Shown here in pieces: positions 20,151 through 30,234 of a stretch of DNA of 32,000 nt. The notes under the pieces were generated by a model. That model saw only the letters and a list, made by a program, of their open reading frames with translations, searched no databases and was not told the origin of the DNA. The position numbers and the translations under genes were made by a program. Each line of letters starts with the position of its first letter. Within the stretch, counting starts at the first letter, position 1. Source of the DNA: Wolbachia endosymbiont of Onchocerca ochengi (lineage in GTDB: Bacteria; Pseudomonadota; Alphaproteobacteria; Rickettsiales; Anaplasmataceae); the NCBI RefSeq assembly GCF_000306885.1, contig NC_018267.1:570001-602000 (forward strand). Direction: 5' to 3'.

Positions 20151-20747
20151 CTATTTTATTAAGTATTCCCGGCTTCCTGGTTTAGTTATTGGTAATCGCT
20201 TTAATTCTTCAGGAAGCTCTTGCTCGCTGTAGTTTTTAATATTTAGCTCAAGCAAAGATATAACAGGAAAGGGCAATTGCGTTTCACTATTTCTCTTGAT
20301 TATAGAAGCTCCAGCAACGACTTTGCCTCCCATATCTTCTGCGCATTCTGCAGCTTCAAGTGAAGATTTACCCGTAGTTATTACATCTTCAACTAATAAT
20401 AGTTTTTCACCTTGTTTAATTTCAAATCCACGGCGCAATTCAAACTTGCTGTTAACACGTTCACAAAACATCGTCTTAATTCTAAGCTGTTTGCCAATCT
20501 CATAACCCACAAGTATTCCACCAATTGCAGGAGATAGTATTAAATCTATAGAACTATTTAATTCTTTTTTTATTTTATGTGTTAGTAATGCACAAATTTT
20601 CATGGCTTTGCTTGGATTTTCAAAAATTTTAGCACACTGTATATATATGCTACTATGCAGTCCAGAGGATAAAACAAAGTGCCCGTGTAAAATTGCCCCA
20701 GCTTTCTCAAGTTCTCTTATTATTGGATTATCTTTATCTAGTGTCAT
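20151..20747 (-). CDS. pyrE: Orotate phosphoribosyltransferase
   Basis: 198 aa ORF; GHFVLSSGLHSSIYIQCAKI, LSPAIGGILVGYEIGKQL and the PRPP motif LLLVEDVITTGKSSLEAAECAEDMGGKVVAGASI. Confidence 0.95.
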   Translation of the reverse strand: MTLDKDNPIIRELEKAGAILHGHFVLSSGLHSSIYIQCAKIFENPSKAMKICALLTHKIKKELNSSIDLILSPAIGGILVGYEIGKQLRIKTMFCERVNSKFELRRGFEIKQGEKLLLVEDVITTGKSSLEAAECAEDMGGKVVAGASIIKRNSETQLPFPVISLLELNIKNYSEQELPEELKRLPITKPGSREYLIK

Positions 20748-21794
20748 TTTTAAAGTTTCACCTTCGCGTTCTTTGATTAATTATTATCTAATCTGTGCAA
20801 ATATTAGACTATATATTTACTGCAGTTTCGCACATATCGATAATTGTATAAATAGATAAAACCAGTTTCATAATATACAGAGGAATCTTTCTTAAGACAA
20901 GGTAACTAGTTGCCAAAAAAATTCATATAAACATTTTGTCTAAGGAAAATAATGCTCATTCACCTCTACAACAAACATTATTGTAATCAAAATAAACAAC
21001 GTACATACATTTTGTATTAACTGTTGTACGTGTTAGTAAAATAAAGGACACTAATTTTTTGGTACTTTTAGCTTTTTTGCTTACAGTCTAAAGTTATTAG
21101 AATGTTTTATATTACTTGTGTAACTTAGAAAAAGATGCAAGCATTAATGTTATTGTTTATCATAACTCCTTTCAGCATTTGAATTGGTAATATGCCTTTA
21201 CTACATAAGCAGTGGTAAAATCAGAGACGCTTGTTCATGAAATTTATAGATTTATGCATTACATAAATAAAACACTACAGAGGCTATAGAACTCATTGCT
21301 ATTTTTTTAATCCGTGTAGAGAAAACTTAATTTAATATATCCTGTTTTTCTTTTGAAAAGAATGAGTGATTTCGAATATGAAAAAAGCAATTATAATTCC
21401 ATTATTTATATTTTGCTATTGTGTTACTTATGAAATCTTCTTTCGCTGGATTTATTAGTAAGCAAAAATAGTGTAATAAACATGGCTATAATAGTTGTAG
21501 GTGGTGTGTAAAATAGTGTTTTCTTAGCTAAAGTTTTAATTGAGCCCCTTCAAAGCCAAAAAATTAGGAACTGTATAGTATAGATAGGAAAACTGAAATT
21601 AAACTTATTAAGTTGAGTCAGCTAATAAATATATCATAAAATAGCTTTTGCTATTTAAATTTAACTTTGTTGTTTAATAGTAAATAACTTTGCAAGCAAC
21701 GTAGAAAAAGTATTGTAAACTTATATATTAAGGCAAAAACTCAAGATAAATATTATATAACAATTTTGTTATTTGGAGTTAATAGTACCGTAAA

Positions 21795-23309
21795 TTAAAG
21801 TACCAGCTTTTCTGGGTTCACGCACACTTCTATTAGAAGTTTTGTAACTATGATTGCAGAAAACATTGAGCATAAAACCCCTATTGACAAAGTAACGGAA
21901 AAACCTCTAATTGCTCCGCTGCCAACTATAAACATTATTCCTGCAGCAATTAATGTAGTGATATTTGAATCAAGAATTGTTTTTATTGCGCTTTTGAAGC
22001 CTTCTTCAATAGCGCGAGCTGTTCTTTTTCCTAATCTTATTTCTTCACGAATACGTTCAAATATCAAAACATTTGCGTCCACTGACATACCAACAGTTAG
22101 CGCAATACCAGCTATTCCTGGTAGAGTTAAGGTTGCTTCAAGTAGAGTAAGAATTAATAATATAGAAATCACATCAAAAAGCAGTGCAACGGAGGTTAAC
22201 AAACCTAACTTACCATAAATGATAATTATAAGCAAAGTAACTGCTGTAATAGAGATTATCGCTGCTATTTCTCCTGCTTTTATTGACTCTTCTCCAAGAC
22301 TTGGACCGATATTTTTCTCTTCTATTATTTTAAGTGGTGCTGGCAGTGCTCCAGATTTTAAAAGTATTGCAAGTTCGTTTGCTTGTTTCTTAGTAAACTT
22401 ACCACTGATTTCTCCTTCTCCATTTAGAATTGGTTCACGTATTATTGGCACAGTTAAGACTGTGTTATCCAAAACAATTGCAAAGGGCTTTCCTACATTT
22501 TCTTTAGTGATTTTTGCGAATTTTTTACTTGCTATACCGTCAAATTTAAAATGTACTGTTAGTCTGCCTAAGTGATCAAATCTAACTGATGCGTTAACCA
22601 ATGAATCGCCACCTATTTCAGTTTTGCGGGATATTGGATAGAAATTACCAGAAGTGTCTTTGAGCATGATGGTAGTTTCGTGATCTATATCCTTAATCTT
22701 GGCTATGTTACTGTTTACCAAATGAAAGCTTAGCTTAGCAGTTTTGCCAAGCAGAGATTTTATTTGTTCAATGTTTTCTACTCCAGGTACTTGGACTAAT
22801 ATCTTATTCTGTCCTTGTTTTTGTACACTTACTTCTTTAGTACCAAGTTTATCCAAGCGTCTCTGAACATTACTTATTGATTTTGAGATTACTTCATTGA
22901 TTAGAGAATTTTTGTAATGAGGTTTATATGAGATGAAAATTGAGGTACCTTTTCTGTTTAGCTCTAAATTTGGGTTTATTTTATGGATTAATAACGAAAC
23001 TTTTTTATAGTTATTGATGTTATTTAAAGTTACAATTACTTGTTGATCGCTTTGTACGCTGGATTCAATATCTTTTATTAGCAAACTTTCTTTTATTTCA
23101 TCGGCTAATATGCTTAATTTCTCTTTTAAAAAAGAATTTAAGTCTACATTAAGAAGTAAAGACGATCCACCTTTTAGGTCAAGCCCTAGGTTTATTCTTT
23201 TTTTTGAAATAAGGAATTTATTATTAAAGTAGTTTGGCAATATTATATATAAAGCAAGTAGAAAGATACACAGTACCAAAAAAGATTTGACTATAATCCT
23301 ATTGTGCAT
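21795..23309 (-). CDS. secD: Protein translocase subunit SecD
   Basis: 504 aa ORF; RINLGLDLKGGSSLLLNVD, NRLDKLGTKEVSVQKQGQNKILVQVPGVEN, LKSGALPAPLKIIEEKNIGPSLGEESI, GMSVDANVLIFERIREEIRLGK and GFKSAIKTILDSNITTLIAAGIM. Confidence 0.96.
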   Translation of the reverse strand: MHNRIIVKSFLVLCIFLLALYIILPNYFNNKFLISKKRINLGLDLKGGSSLLLNVDLNSFLKEKLSILADEIKESLLIKDIESSVQSDQQVIVTLNNINNYKKVSLLIHKINPNLELNRKGTSIFISYKPHYKNSLINEVISKSISNVQRRLDKLGTKEVSVQKQGQNKILVQVPGVENIEQIKSLLGKTAKLSFHLVNSNIAKIKDIDHETTIMLKDTSGNFYPISRKTEIGGDSLVNASVRFDHLGRLTVHFKFDGIASKKFAKITKENVGKPFAIVLDNTVLTVPIIREPILNGEGEISGKFTKKQANELAILLKSGALPAPLKIIEEKNIGPSLGEESIKAGEIAAIISITAVTLLIIIIYGKLGLLTSVALLFDVISILLILTLLEATLTLPGIAGIALTVGMSVDANVLIFERIREEIRLGKRTARAIEEGFKSAIKTILDSNITTLIAAGIMFIVGSGAIRGFSVTLSIGVLCSMFSAIIVTKLLIEVCVNPEKLVL

Positions 23310-23376
23310 GAGTTGTAAATATAAAATATTGATTGTAGACTAATTGTGTAAACTGTTTAAGTTGAAATTTAGATAC

Positions 23377-24255
23377 ATGTTAATTAGAATAGGTACCAGA
23401 GGAAGTAGTCTTGCAATTGCTCAAGCTTTGGAAGCAAAACAAAAACTGATGGACTTTTTTCCTGATTTATCTGTTGAGATTATTAAGATAAAAACTTCTG
23501 GTGATAAATATGCCAATGTAAACCTTGCCGAAATAGGTGGTAAGAGACTGTTTCTCAGGGAAATTGAGATTAAATTGCTTAAGAATAATATAGATATGGC
23601 AGTTCATTCAGTAAAAGATGTCCCTGCATTTTTTTCGAAAGATTTAATAATTCCCTGTATTTTAGAAAGGTTAAGTCCGCACGATACGTTTATTTCTAAT
23701 AAACATGACAGCCTTGAGACTTTACCGCGGCAGGCTACAATTGCAACTTCTTCAATAAGAAGAAAAGTACAGCTGCTAAATTTTAGACCGGATTTGAATA
23801 TAGTGCCGTTACGTGGAAATGTAATAACTAGACTGCAAAACCATAGTTTTGATGGAATAATTCTAGCTGAAGCTGGGCTGAGGAGATTAAAAAAACACCT
23901 TTTAATTACAGAGGTATTGCCGCCAAAAACCATGTTAAGTGCAGTGGGACAAGGGGCAATTTGTATTCAATGTCGGAAAAATGATGTAAAAGCTATCGAT
24001 CTTTTAGAGAAAATTAATGATAACAAGTCTTTTATAAGGGTGAGATCAGAGCGCAGCTTCATGAAGACAGTAAATGGTTCATGCTTTACACCGCTTGCAG
24101 CTTTAGCAGAATATGTAAGTGAAAACATGCTACGTCTTTGTTGTATGTTAGCAGACGAAAAAGGTATATACTTTGCTGAGCGTACTTCATTTGTAGAAGA
24201 TGCAGAGGAAATGGGTATGGATGCAGGATTAGAATTGAAATCAAGATGCTTATAA
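23377..24255 (+). CDS. hemC: Hydroxymethylbilane synthase (porphobilinogen deaminase)
   Basis: Conserved start MLIRIGTRGSSLAIAQA at ATG 23377; the supplied ORF begins upstream at a TTG (23344). HSVKDVPAF, RRKVQLLNFRPDLNIVPLRGNV, GLRRL, LSAVGQGAICIQC and the cofactor-Cys region NGSCFTPLAALAEY. Confidence 0.96.
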   Translation: MLIRIGTRGSSLAIAQALEAKQKLMDFFPDLSVEIIKIKTSGDKYANVNLAEIGGKRLFLREIEIKLLKNNIDMAVHSVKDVPAFFSKDLIIPCILERLSPHDTFISNKHDSLETLPRQATIATSSIRRKVQLLNFRPDLNIVPLRGNVITRLQNHSFDGIILAEAGLRRLKKHLLITEVLPPKTMLSAVGQGAICIQCRKNDVKAIDLLEKINDNKSFIRVRSERSFMKTVNGSCFTPLAALAEYVSENMLRLCCMLADEKGIYFAERTSFVEDAEEMGMDAGLELKSRCL

Positions 24256-25133
24256 GTTTACCTAAGGTGCGTGGAACATATCGATACAATACTTTAATGT
24301 CTAAAATAACATGGTTAAATGTCGGTGGACAAGCTGATGTATTATTTAAGCCACGTGATATTGGAGATTTAACATGCTTGATTAAAAATACTGAGCTACC
24401 AATTAATATTATTGGTGCAACGTCTAACATAATAGTACGAGATAGTGGCATTCGAGGAATAACAGTAAAATTAGGTCAGGAGTTTGGATATATTAAGTAT
24501 AGAGGTAACAACTCTATAGTTGCAGGTGGTGCTGTACTGCTTAGTGATTTAGCTTACTTTGCGATGGAACAACAAATTAGTGGACTAGAGTTTCTGGTTG
24601 GAATTCCAGGAACAGTTGGTGGTGGAATAGAAATGAATGCAGGTGCATATGGTAGTGATATCGCAAGTGTTGTACAATCTGTAAAAGCAGTAAATTTAGA
24701 GGATGGAAACCTGTATGAATTCTCAAGTAAAAAGATGGATTATGTTTACCGTGGGCATAGTTTAAACGGTAGGTGGATTTTTGTTGAAGCTGAGTTTAAA
24801 GGAGTAAGTTCAGAGTATAAGATTATACTTAAAAAACTGAAGGAAATTATTGACGAAAAAAGCAAAAGCCAACCAATAAGAGGGAAAACTGCTGGGTGTA
24901 TATTTAAAAACCCAAAAAACTATCAAGCGTGGAAACTAATTGATGAGTCTGGTTGCCGAGGGTTAGATAATGGTAGAGCTAAAATTTCTGAGAAGCACTG
25001 CAATTTTTTGCTCAATTATAATAATGCAACTGCATCTGACTTAGAGACTCTTGGTAATAGGGTAAAAGGTGCAGTGAAAAATAAGTTCAACGTTGAACTT
25101 GAATGGGAAATAAGAGTTTTAGGTAGTTATTAG
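24246..25133 (+). CDS. murB: UDP-N-acetylenolpyruvoylglucosamine reductase
   Basis: 295 aa ORF; TWLNVGGQADVLFKP, IIGATSNIIVRDSGIRGITVKL, FLVGIPGTVGGGIEMNAGAYGSDIA, YVYRGHSL and GKTAGCIFKNP...AWKLIDESGCRG. Confidence 0.96.
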   Translation: MLISLPKVRGTYRYNTLMSKITWLNVGGQADVLFKPRDIGDLTCLIKNTELPINIIGATSNIIVRDSGIRGITVKLGQEFGYIKYRGNNSIVAGGAVLLSDLAYFAMEQQISGLEFLVGIPGTVGGGIEMNAGAYGSDIASVVQSVKAVNLEDGNLYEFSSKKMDYVYRGHSLNGRWIFVEAEFKGVSSEYKIILKKLKEIIDEKSKSQPIRGKTAGCIFKNPKNYQAWKLIDESGCRGLDNGRAKISEKHCNFLLNYNNATASDLETLGNRVKGAVKNKFNVELEWEIRVLGSY

Positions 25134-26544
25134 GCGGTTTTTTACAGCTGCTATATTGTTTAATTATTCAACATTTTACAGTGGTTCTAATTTCTCCGTC
25201 ATGTAATTTGAGAAGTTCATCACTTTCTTTATCCTTTAGATGAGCTCGGTGAATATAGCTATGATTTTTGAGATCTAGAAATTTAATTAAGCCGTTGCAG
25301 TCATTTCCATAATAAGAAATTATACTTGCACCACTATTTTATCTGTTTTTTGTAATTTTTTATCTTTAGCCACTATGCTTTAGCAAGCGCAATTATAAGC
25401 TTATGGTGTGTAATTTGCTTCAATAAGCTTTCTTATCGATGTTCTTAATCTAAAACAGGCACTGGTAGTTTGTAACTTGCAAGAAATTGTACTATTCATT
25501 GTGCTCTTTTGTTTTAATAAAATGCTTCCATACTTGGTTAATCTATTTTTTCTTTTTTCCGTTTTCCTAAAATTTCTTCATTGGTTCTTGTTTTGCTGGG
25601 ATGATTTTATGCATAAACAGAATTTACCCTATAGAATTAATCTAATATATCAGATAGACAACTGCATTTTTTGGAAATAAGTCTTCTAATTTTAGCTTTT
25701 TTACTATATTGTATAAATTTACTAATGTCGGTTTATAATGCCTGCTGTTATTATCTATATAAGTTATTTTACTTCCCTTTACCTTCATTAAAGTAGAACA
25801 TGAAACCGGTTACTAACTATAAGTGGTGAATTACAGTAAGCTAATCCATCTTTATTAGCGTTAATATATTTGTGAATTATTAGCTTTCTGTTAAGTGTGA
25901 CTTAAGCTATATAATTTCCGTTCTCAATTTTCTTTGCTAATGAGTCTTGTTTAGTCAGCTTACTTATTTAAAGTAAAATATTTAACTCTTGAATTACTTT
26001 CATAAATCTCTCTTTCTTTAGTTCCTATCTCTGGAGAGTAGTAATAAACTGGGGGAAAAGATGTTTGAATGTGTGGCTTTACTTAATATAAAGCCTTACT
26101 TTCAATGAGAATCTTTTTGTTACCTAAATTAATAGGAAATTGTTGTTTCTTTTGATGCTGTTTGGTGATCAGATCTCGGTACTAGCTTTGCTAAATTCTC
26201 TAATAGGGTATTTAAGTTTTCTGGTAAGCATTTCTTTCATTTCTCTAATGCTAATTTATGTTTTCCTATTAAATATCTTCTAGGTTTTTTTGAAAATTAA
26301 CATCATTTTTTCACTAACTGTTATTTAATTTTATATTACAGTGACTAAAAAGTCAGCTACTTTATAAATATATTAATAAGAAACAGTAATAAGAAGAGAA
26401 ATGAAATAAGTTATATATAAATACTTGAAAGACTCACTTGCGTTAATCAAATATAAGTTACTCTTCATTAGAAGATTAGTAAAATTCTGGTTTACTTAAA
26501 GTTTGTTAGTTGCTATTTAAAGAGCATAACATTTATGACACTAT

Positions 26545-27180
26545 ATGCTTAAGATTTTTTCTCGAGTTTTATTTATACTAATATTTTTGGTTTTTAGCTT
26601 TTTTATTGTATGCAGTACTGAAGCTAAGTCTAAACTAAAGCTTAGTGAGAAATATAAACCTCCAGGTAACCCTGGCGGTGTAAACTTTCATGAAGATGAG
26701 AATTTTGTTGAGTCGTATAAACTGTATAAGAAGCGTAGAGAACTTCTAAAGAAGAAAAAGTTGCAGAGTAGGGTTAATGCTGACGTAAGTAAAGAGAATT
26801 TAGCTAAAAAGTTGGAGAAAAGAAAAATTGCTATTCTTAATAATAGACTAAGTGCTTTAGAAGCTTGTATAGTTGATGATGGAAAGGAGGCTATGATAAA
26901 CCGGTATGGTATCGATATTGCACGTCTGAAAGGAGCTACGTTCATAGACCAAGGGCAGATTTCTAAATATAAAAACGAGCAGCTCGAAGATAAACGGCAA
27001 GAGGAAAAAAAGGTTAAAGCGGCACAAGAGAAAAAAAATTTTCCTATGAATGTTACTATAAAAAACATGCCATTAAAAAAAACGTGCTCACATGATTCCG
27101 GTAATGATCTTAATAATGAGGCACACCATAATTTAAATAGTTTGGATTCATTTGAGAGTGTAATTGATACTACAGGGTAG
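26545..27180 (+). CDS. Hypothetical exported, Lys-rich protein
   Basis: 211 aa ORF; N-terminal hydrophobic signal MLKIFSRVLFILIFLVFSFFIVCSTEA, followed by charged, helix-prone, Lys/Glu-rich sequence. No recognised domain. Confidence 0.6.
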   Translation: MLKIFSRVLFILIFLVFSFFIVCSTEAKSKLKLSEKYKPPGNPGGVNFHEDENFVESYKLYKKRRELLKKKKLQSRVNADVSKENLAKKLEKRKIAILNNRLSALEACIVDDGKEAMINRYGIDIARLKGATFIDQGQISKYKNEQLEDKRQEEKKVKAAQEKKNFPMNVTIKNMPLKKTCSHDSGNDLNNEAHHNLNSLDSFESVIDTTG

Positions 27181-27199
27181 ATTTAATGATGTGCTGGAT

Positions 27200-28402
27200 A
27201 AAGATCTATGGAACAAACTACACGAATCTTCTCGACATAAGACAAGACTCATGTTGTAAAAGTTTAGCGAATAAAGATAGGCGGGGTAACCCCATAGTTG
27301 TGCAATCTATGGTGCATGTAGATCCTAGCAGCGTAAAAAAACAGTGCTGGGCAATATTCGAAAGAAATAATAGAACTAGCTCATGCGGGTTTAGAGCTAG
27401 TACGAGTTGCTTAAAGCTCATAAGAAGTATAAATGGCAAGAGCAATACTTTATATACTAGAAGAGATAAATAAAGAGGGTTTTGATAGGTATTAGTAGGT
27501 TGCGGACAATATGAATTGATAGGTTAATTCAAAACTATTCAGAAAACATCAAAATACTAGATAAAATTAAGATAAATCTAGGTAATATAGGTTTTAGCAA
27601 TAAACGTGATAAGAAATTTGAAAGAGTTATAGAATATGAGTAAAACATGGTCTTTCTATTTACGTGAAGTACTTATAATGTCTGTCTTAGCAGTGCAAAA
27701 AAAGCTGAAAAATTGGACTCAGCTCAGACAAAATAATTATTTCTTGTAAAATGAGTAGGTGCAATATCTAATTCTAGTTTGCCTGGCACTTGCAAGGATT
27801 TCTAATTATGCTTTCTTACATAAACCAGCAAGTAATAAGGGGTGTTATAAGTACTATAGCAGGGCTTGCTTATTTATTACAAAATGGCGCTGGAGATATG
27901 ATACTATGATACGTACTTTTTTAACTTAATGTCTTGGTGAATCGCGAATTAATGAGGTGAGAGTGTGTTAAGAAATATTGCAATCCATAGCTTACACCAC
28001 TTTAACCTCAAGTTAGCTTATGTTCAGGATGTGGACGCGCATAAGTAGCGATTGTTTCCGTGTATTGACTAAAGAAGTAAATGATTACATAAAAATTTAC
28101 ATGCCGGCCTGAAAGAAAAAACAGATGTAGAACATATAAATATTGCTGTTATGAGTTGCGTCGTAAACGGTTTCGGAGAGAGTAAATATATTAATTTAGG
28201 AATTAGTTTACCTGGATATGGAGAAGAGTCAGTTTCAGCAGTTTATAAAGATGGTAAGTATTTTAAGATTTTACAAATCAACAACATATCCGAGGAATTT
28301 AAGACAATTATTGATAATTATGTGAGGAACATTTTATTAATAAATCTGAGTGTCTTTAGTTATAATCCATATACTAGTCATTTATTTTCAAAGCTTGAAT
28401 AA
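27200..28402 (+). pseudogene. ispG: Decayed ispG (gcpE), 4-hydroxy-3-methylbut-2-enyl diphosphate synthase
   Basis: Collinear IspG blocks in shifting frames: RRGNPIVVQSM (about 27278), EIIELAHAGLELVRVA* (about 27363), ILYILEEINKEGFD (about 27444), [33 protein letters not shown] (about 27535), GLSSDKIIISCKMS (about 27716), GVISTIAGLAYLLQNGAGD (about 27841), SLCSGCGR (about 28015), [27 protein letters not shown]...YKDGK...[14 protein letters not shown] (about 28137 onward). Frameshifts and stops separate the blocks. Confidence 0.88.
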
Positions 28403-30173
28403 AAGTATTATGTGGAATATTTACTACTCTTCCTATAGAATATAGCTTTTTCTTACCTTTCTTTTGCTTTTCTAAAAGCTTCATCTTCCGCGTTACATCT
28501 CCACCATAAAGTTTAGCTGTTACATCCTTTCTGTACGGATTAATTATCTCTTTGGCAATAATTTTACCACTTACTGCTGCTTGAATTATAATTTTGTATT
28601 GCTGGCGCGGTATTAAGTCTTTTAAACGAGAACATATTTCTCTTCCTCTTTTTTCTACTCTGCTTTTATGAATAATGCAGGTTAATGCGTCAACTAGTTT
28701 CCCATTGACTAAAAAAGTTAGTTTATCTACTTGACTTTCCTGATAATCGGAAACTTTCCAATCCAAACTTGAGTACCCCTTAGAAATTGATTTCAGTCTA
28801 TCATAAAAGTCAAAAACAACTTCAGACAGTGGCAGCTTATATTTTAGCAGTGTTGTTGATGTGTTACCAATATAAGATAAGTCCTTCTGTTTTCCTCTTC
28901 TCTCTTCACACAAAGATATAATTTCTCCTAAATATTGGTCAGGTGTTATTATGGTTGCAGTAATCCACGGTTCCTCAACTATCTTAATTTTTGTTAGATC
29001 TGGTATTTCATTAGAGTTATGAGTGTTCAGAATTTTGCCATTTTGTGTTGTAATTTTATATATAACACTTGGTGCGGTTACTGTTAAGCTTAAATTAAAC
29101 TCCCTTTCAAGCCTTTCTTGAATAACTTCAAGATGTAATATTCCTAAAAAACCACAACGAAATCCATAACCTAGCGCATTCGAAGTCTCAGTCTCGAAAG
29201 TAAAACTTGCATCATTTAAGTGTAATTTTTCTAGCGCTTCTTTTAAATATTTAAAGTTATCTGTTTTGTCAGGAAAAATACTACAAAATACCACAGGGTG
29301 GACTTCTTTAAAACCTGGCAATGCCTTACTGCATGGTCTTATCTCTTCGGTAATAGTGTCTCCCACTTTACAGTCTGTTACTTTTTTTATTGAAGCAGTT
29401 ATAAAACCAATTTCACCTGTTGAAAGTTCACCAGTCATGACCTTTTTAGGGGTAAAAATACCGATATTATCTACCTGATATGTAGCATTGTTAGACATCA
29501 TGATAATTCTCATGCCTTTTTTTAGTATTCCATTTTTAACTCGTACTAAAATTACCACTCCCAGATAAGTATCATACCAACTATCAATCAAAATTGCTTG
29601 TAGCGGAGCATCTATGTCACCACGTGGAGCTGGAAGCTTCGTCACTATTGCTTCTAATACATCCCTTATTCCGAGTCCAGTTTTTGCCGATATTAAAATT
29701 GAGTTACTTGTATCAATGCCAATTACTTCTCCAATTTGAAGTTTTACCATCTCTGGATCTGCAGCAGGAAGATCGACTTTGTTGAGTACAACTATTATCT
29801 CATGATTATTTTCAATTGCTCTGTATACATTTGCAAGGGTCTGAGCTTCAATTCCCTGGCTACTATCCACTATCAAAAGCGAACCTTCACACGCAGCTAA
29901 GCTTCGACTTACTTCATATGAAAAGTCAACATGACCTGGGGTATCTATAAGGTTTAAGCAATATTGATTACCATCATTTGCAGTATAGCTGAGTTTCACT
30001 GTCTGTGCTTTGATTGTAATTCCACGTTTACGTTCTATCTCCATTGAATCGAGCACTTGATTGGTCATTTCTCTTGCTTCAAGGGCATTACACCACTCTA
30101 TTAAACGATCAGCAAGAGTTGATTTTCCGTGATCTATATGTGCTATTATTGCAAAATTTCTTATTTTATTCAT
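28374..30173 (-). CDS. lepA: Elongation factor 4 (LepA)
   Basis: 599 aa ORF; [73 protein letters not shown] and the C-terminal [25 protein letters not shown] block. Confidence 0.98.
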   Translation of the reverse strand: MNKIRNFAIIAHIDHGKSTLADRLIEWCNALEAREMTNQVLDSMEIERKRGITIKAQTVKLSYTANDGNQYCLNLIDTPGHVDFSYEVSRSLAACEGSLLIVDSSQGIEAQTLANVYRAIENNHEIIVVLNKVDLPAADPEMVKLQIGEVIGIDTSNSILISAKTGLGIRDVLEAIVTKLPAPRGDIDAPLQAILIDSWYDTYLGVVILVRVKNGILKKGMRIIMMSNNATYQVDNIGIFTPKKVMTGELSTGEIGFITASIKKVTDCKVGDTITEEIRPCSKALPGFKEVHPVVFCSIFPDKTDNFKYLKEALEKLHLNDASFTFETETSNALGYGFRCGFLGILHLEVIQERLEREFNLSLTVTAPSVIYKITTQNGKILNTHNSNEIPDLTKIKIVEEPWITATIITPDQYLGEIISLCEERRGKQKDLSYIGNTSTTLLKYKLPLSEVVFDFYDRLKSISKGYSSLDWKVSDYQESQVDKLTFLVNGKLVDALTCIIHKSRVEKRGREICSRLKDLIPRQQYKIIIQAAVSGKIIAKEIINPYRKDVTAKLYGGDVTRKMKLLEKQKKGKKKLYSIGRVVNIPHNTFIQALKIND

Positions 30174-30234
30174 TAATCTACTTATTTAAGTAAAACTATT
30201 TTGTATTTTAAGTATTATTAGGACAATTATTTAC

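Noticed and set aside
20296-20859. Plus-strand ORFs 20296..20505 and 20602..20859
   Set aside because: Antisense to pyrE or extending into its upstream non-coding region; no own motifs.
21850-22575. Plus-strand ORFs of 122 and 118 aa
   Set aside because: Antisense to conserved SecD coding sequence.
23604-24451. Minus-strand ORFs of 109 and 121 aa
   Set aside because: Antisense to hemC and murB.
25477-25680. 67-aa plus-strand ORF
   Set aside because: Phe/Leu-rich translation typical of random AT-rich sequence; no supporting evidence.
26688-27445. Minus-strand ORFs 26688..27068 (126 aa) and 27218..27445 (75 aa)
   Set aside because: The first is antisense to the exported-protein gene and its Phe/Ser-rich sequence mirrors Lys/Glu codons. 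The second is antisense to the ispG relic.
29266-29785. Plus-strand ORFs of 70 and 63 aa
   Set aside because: Antisense to lepA.
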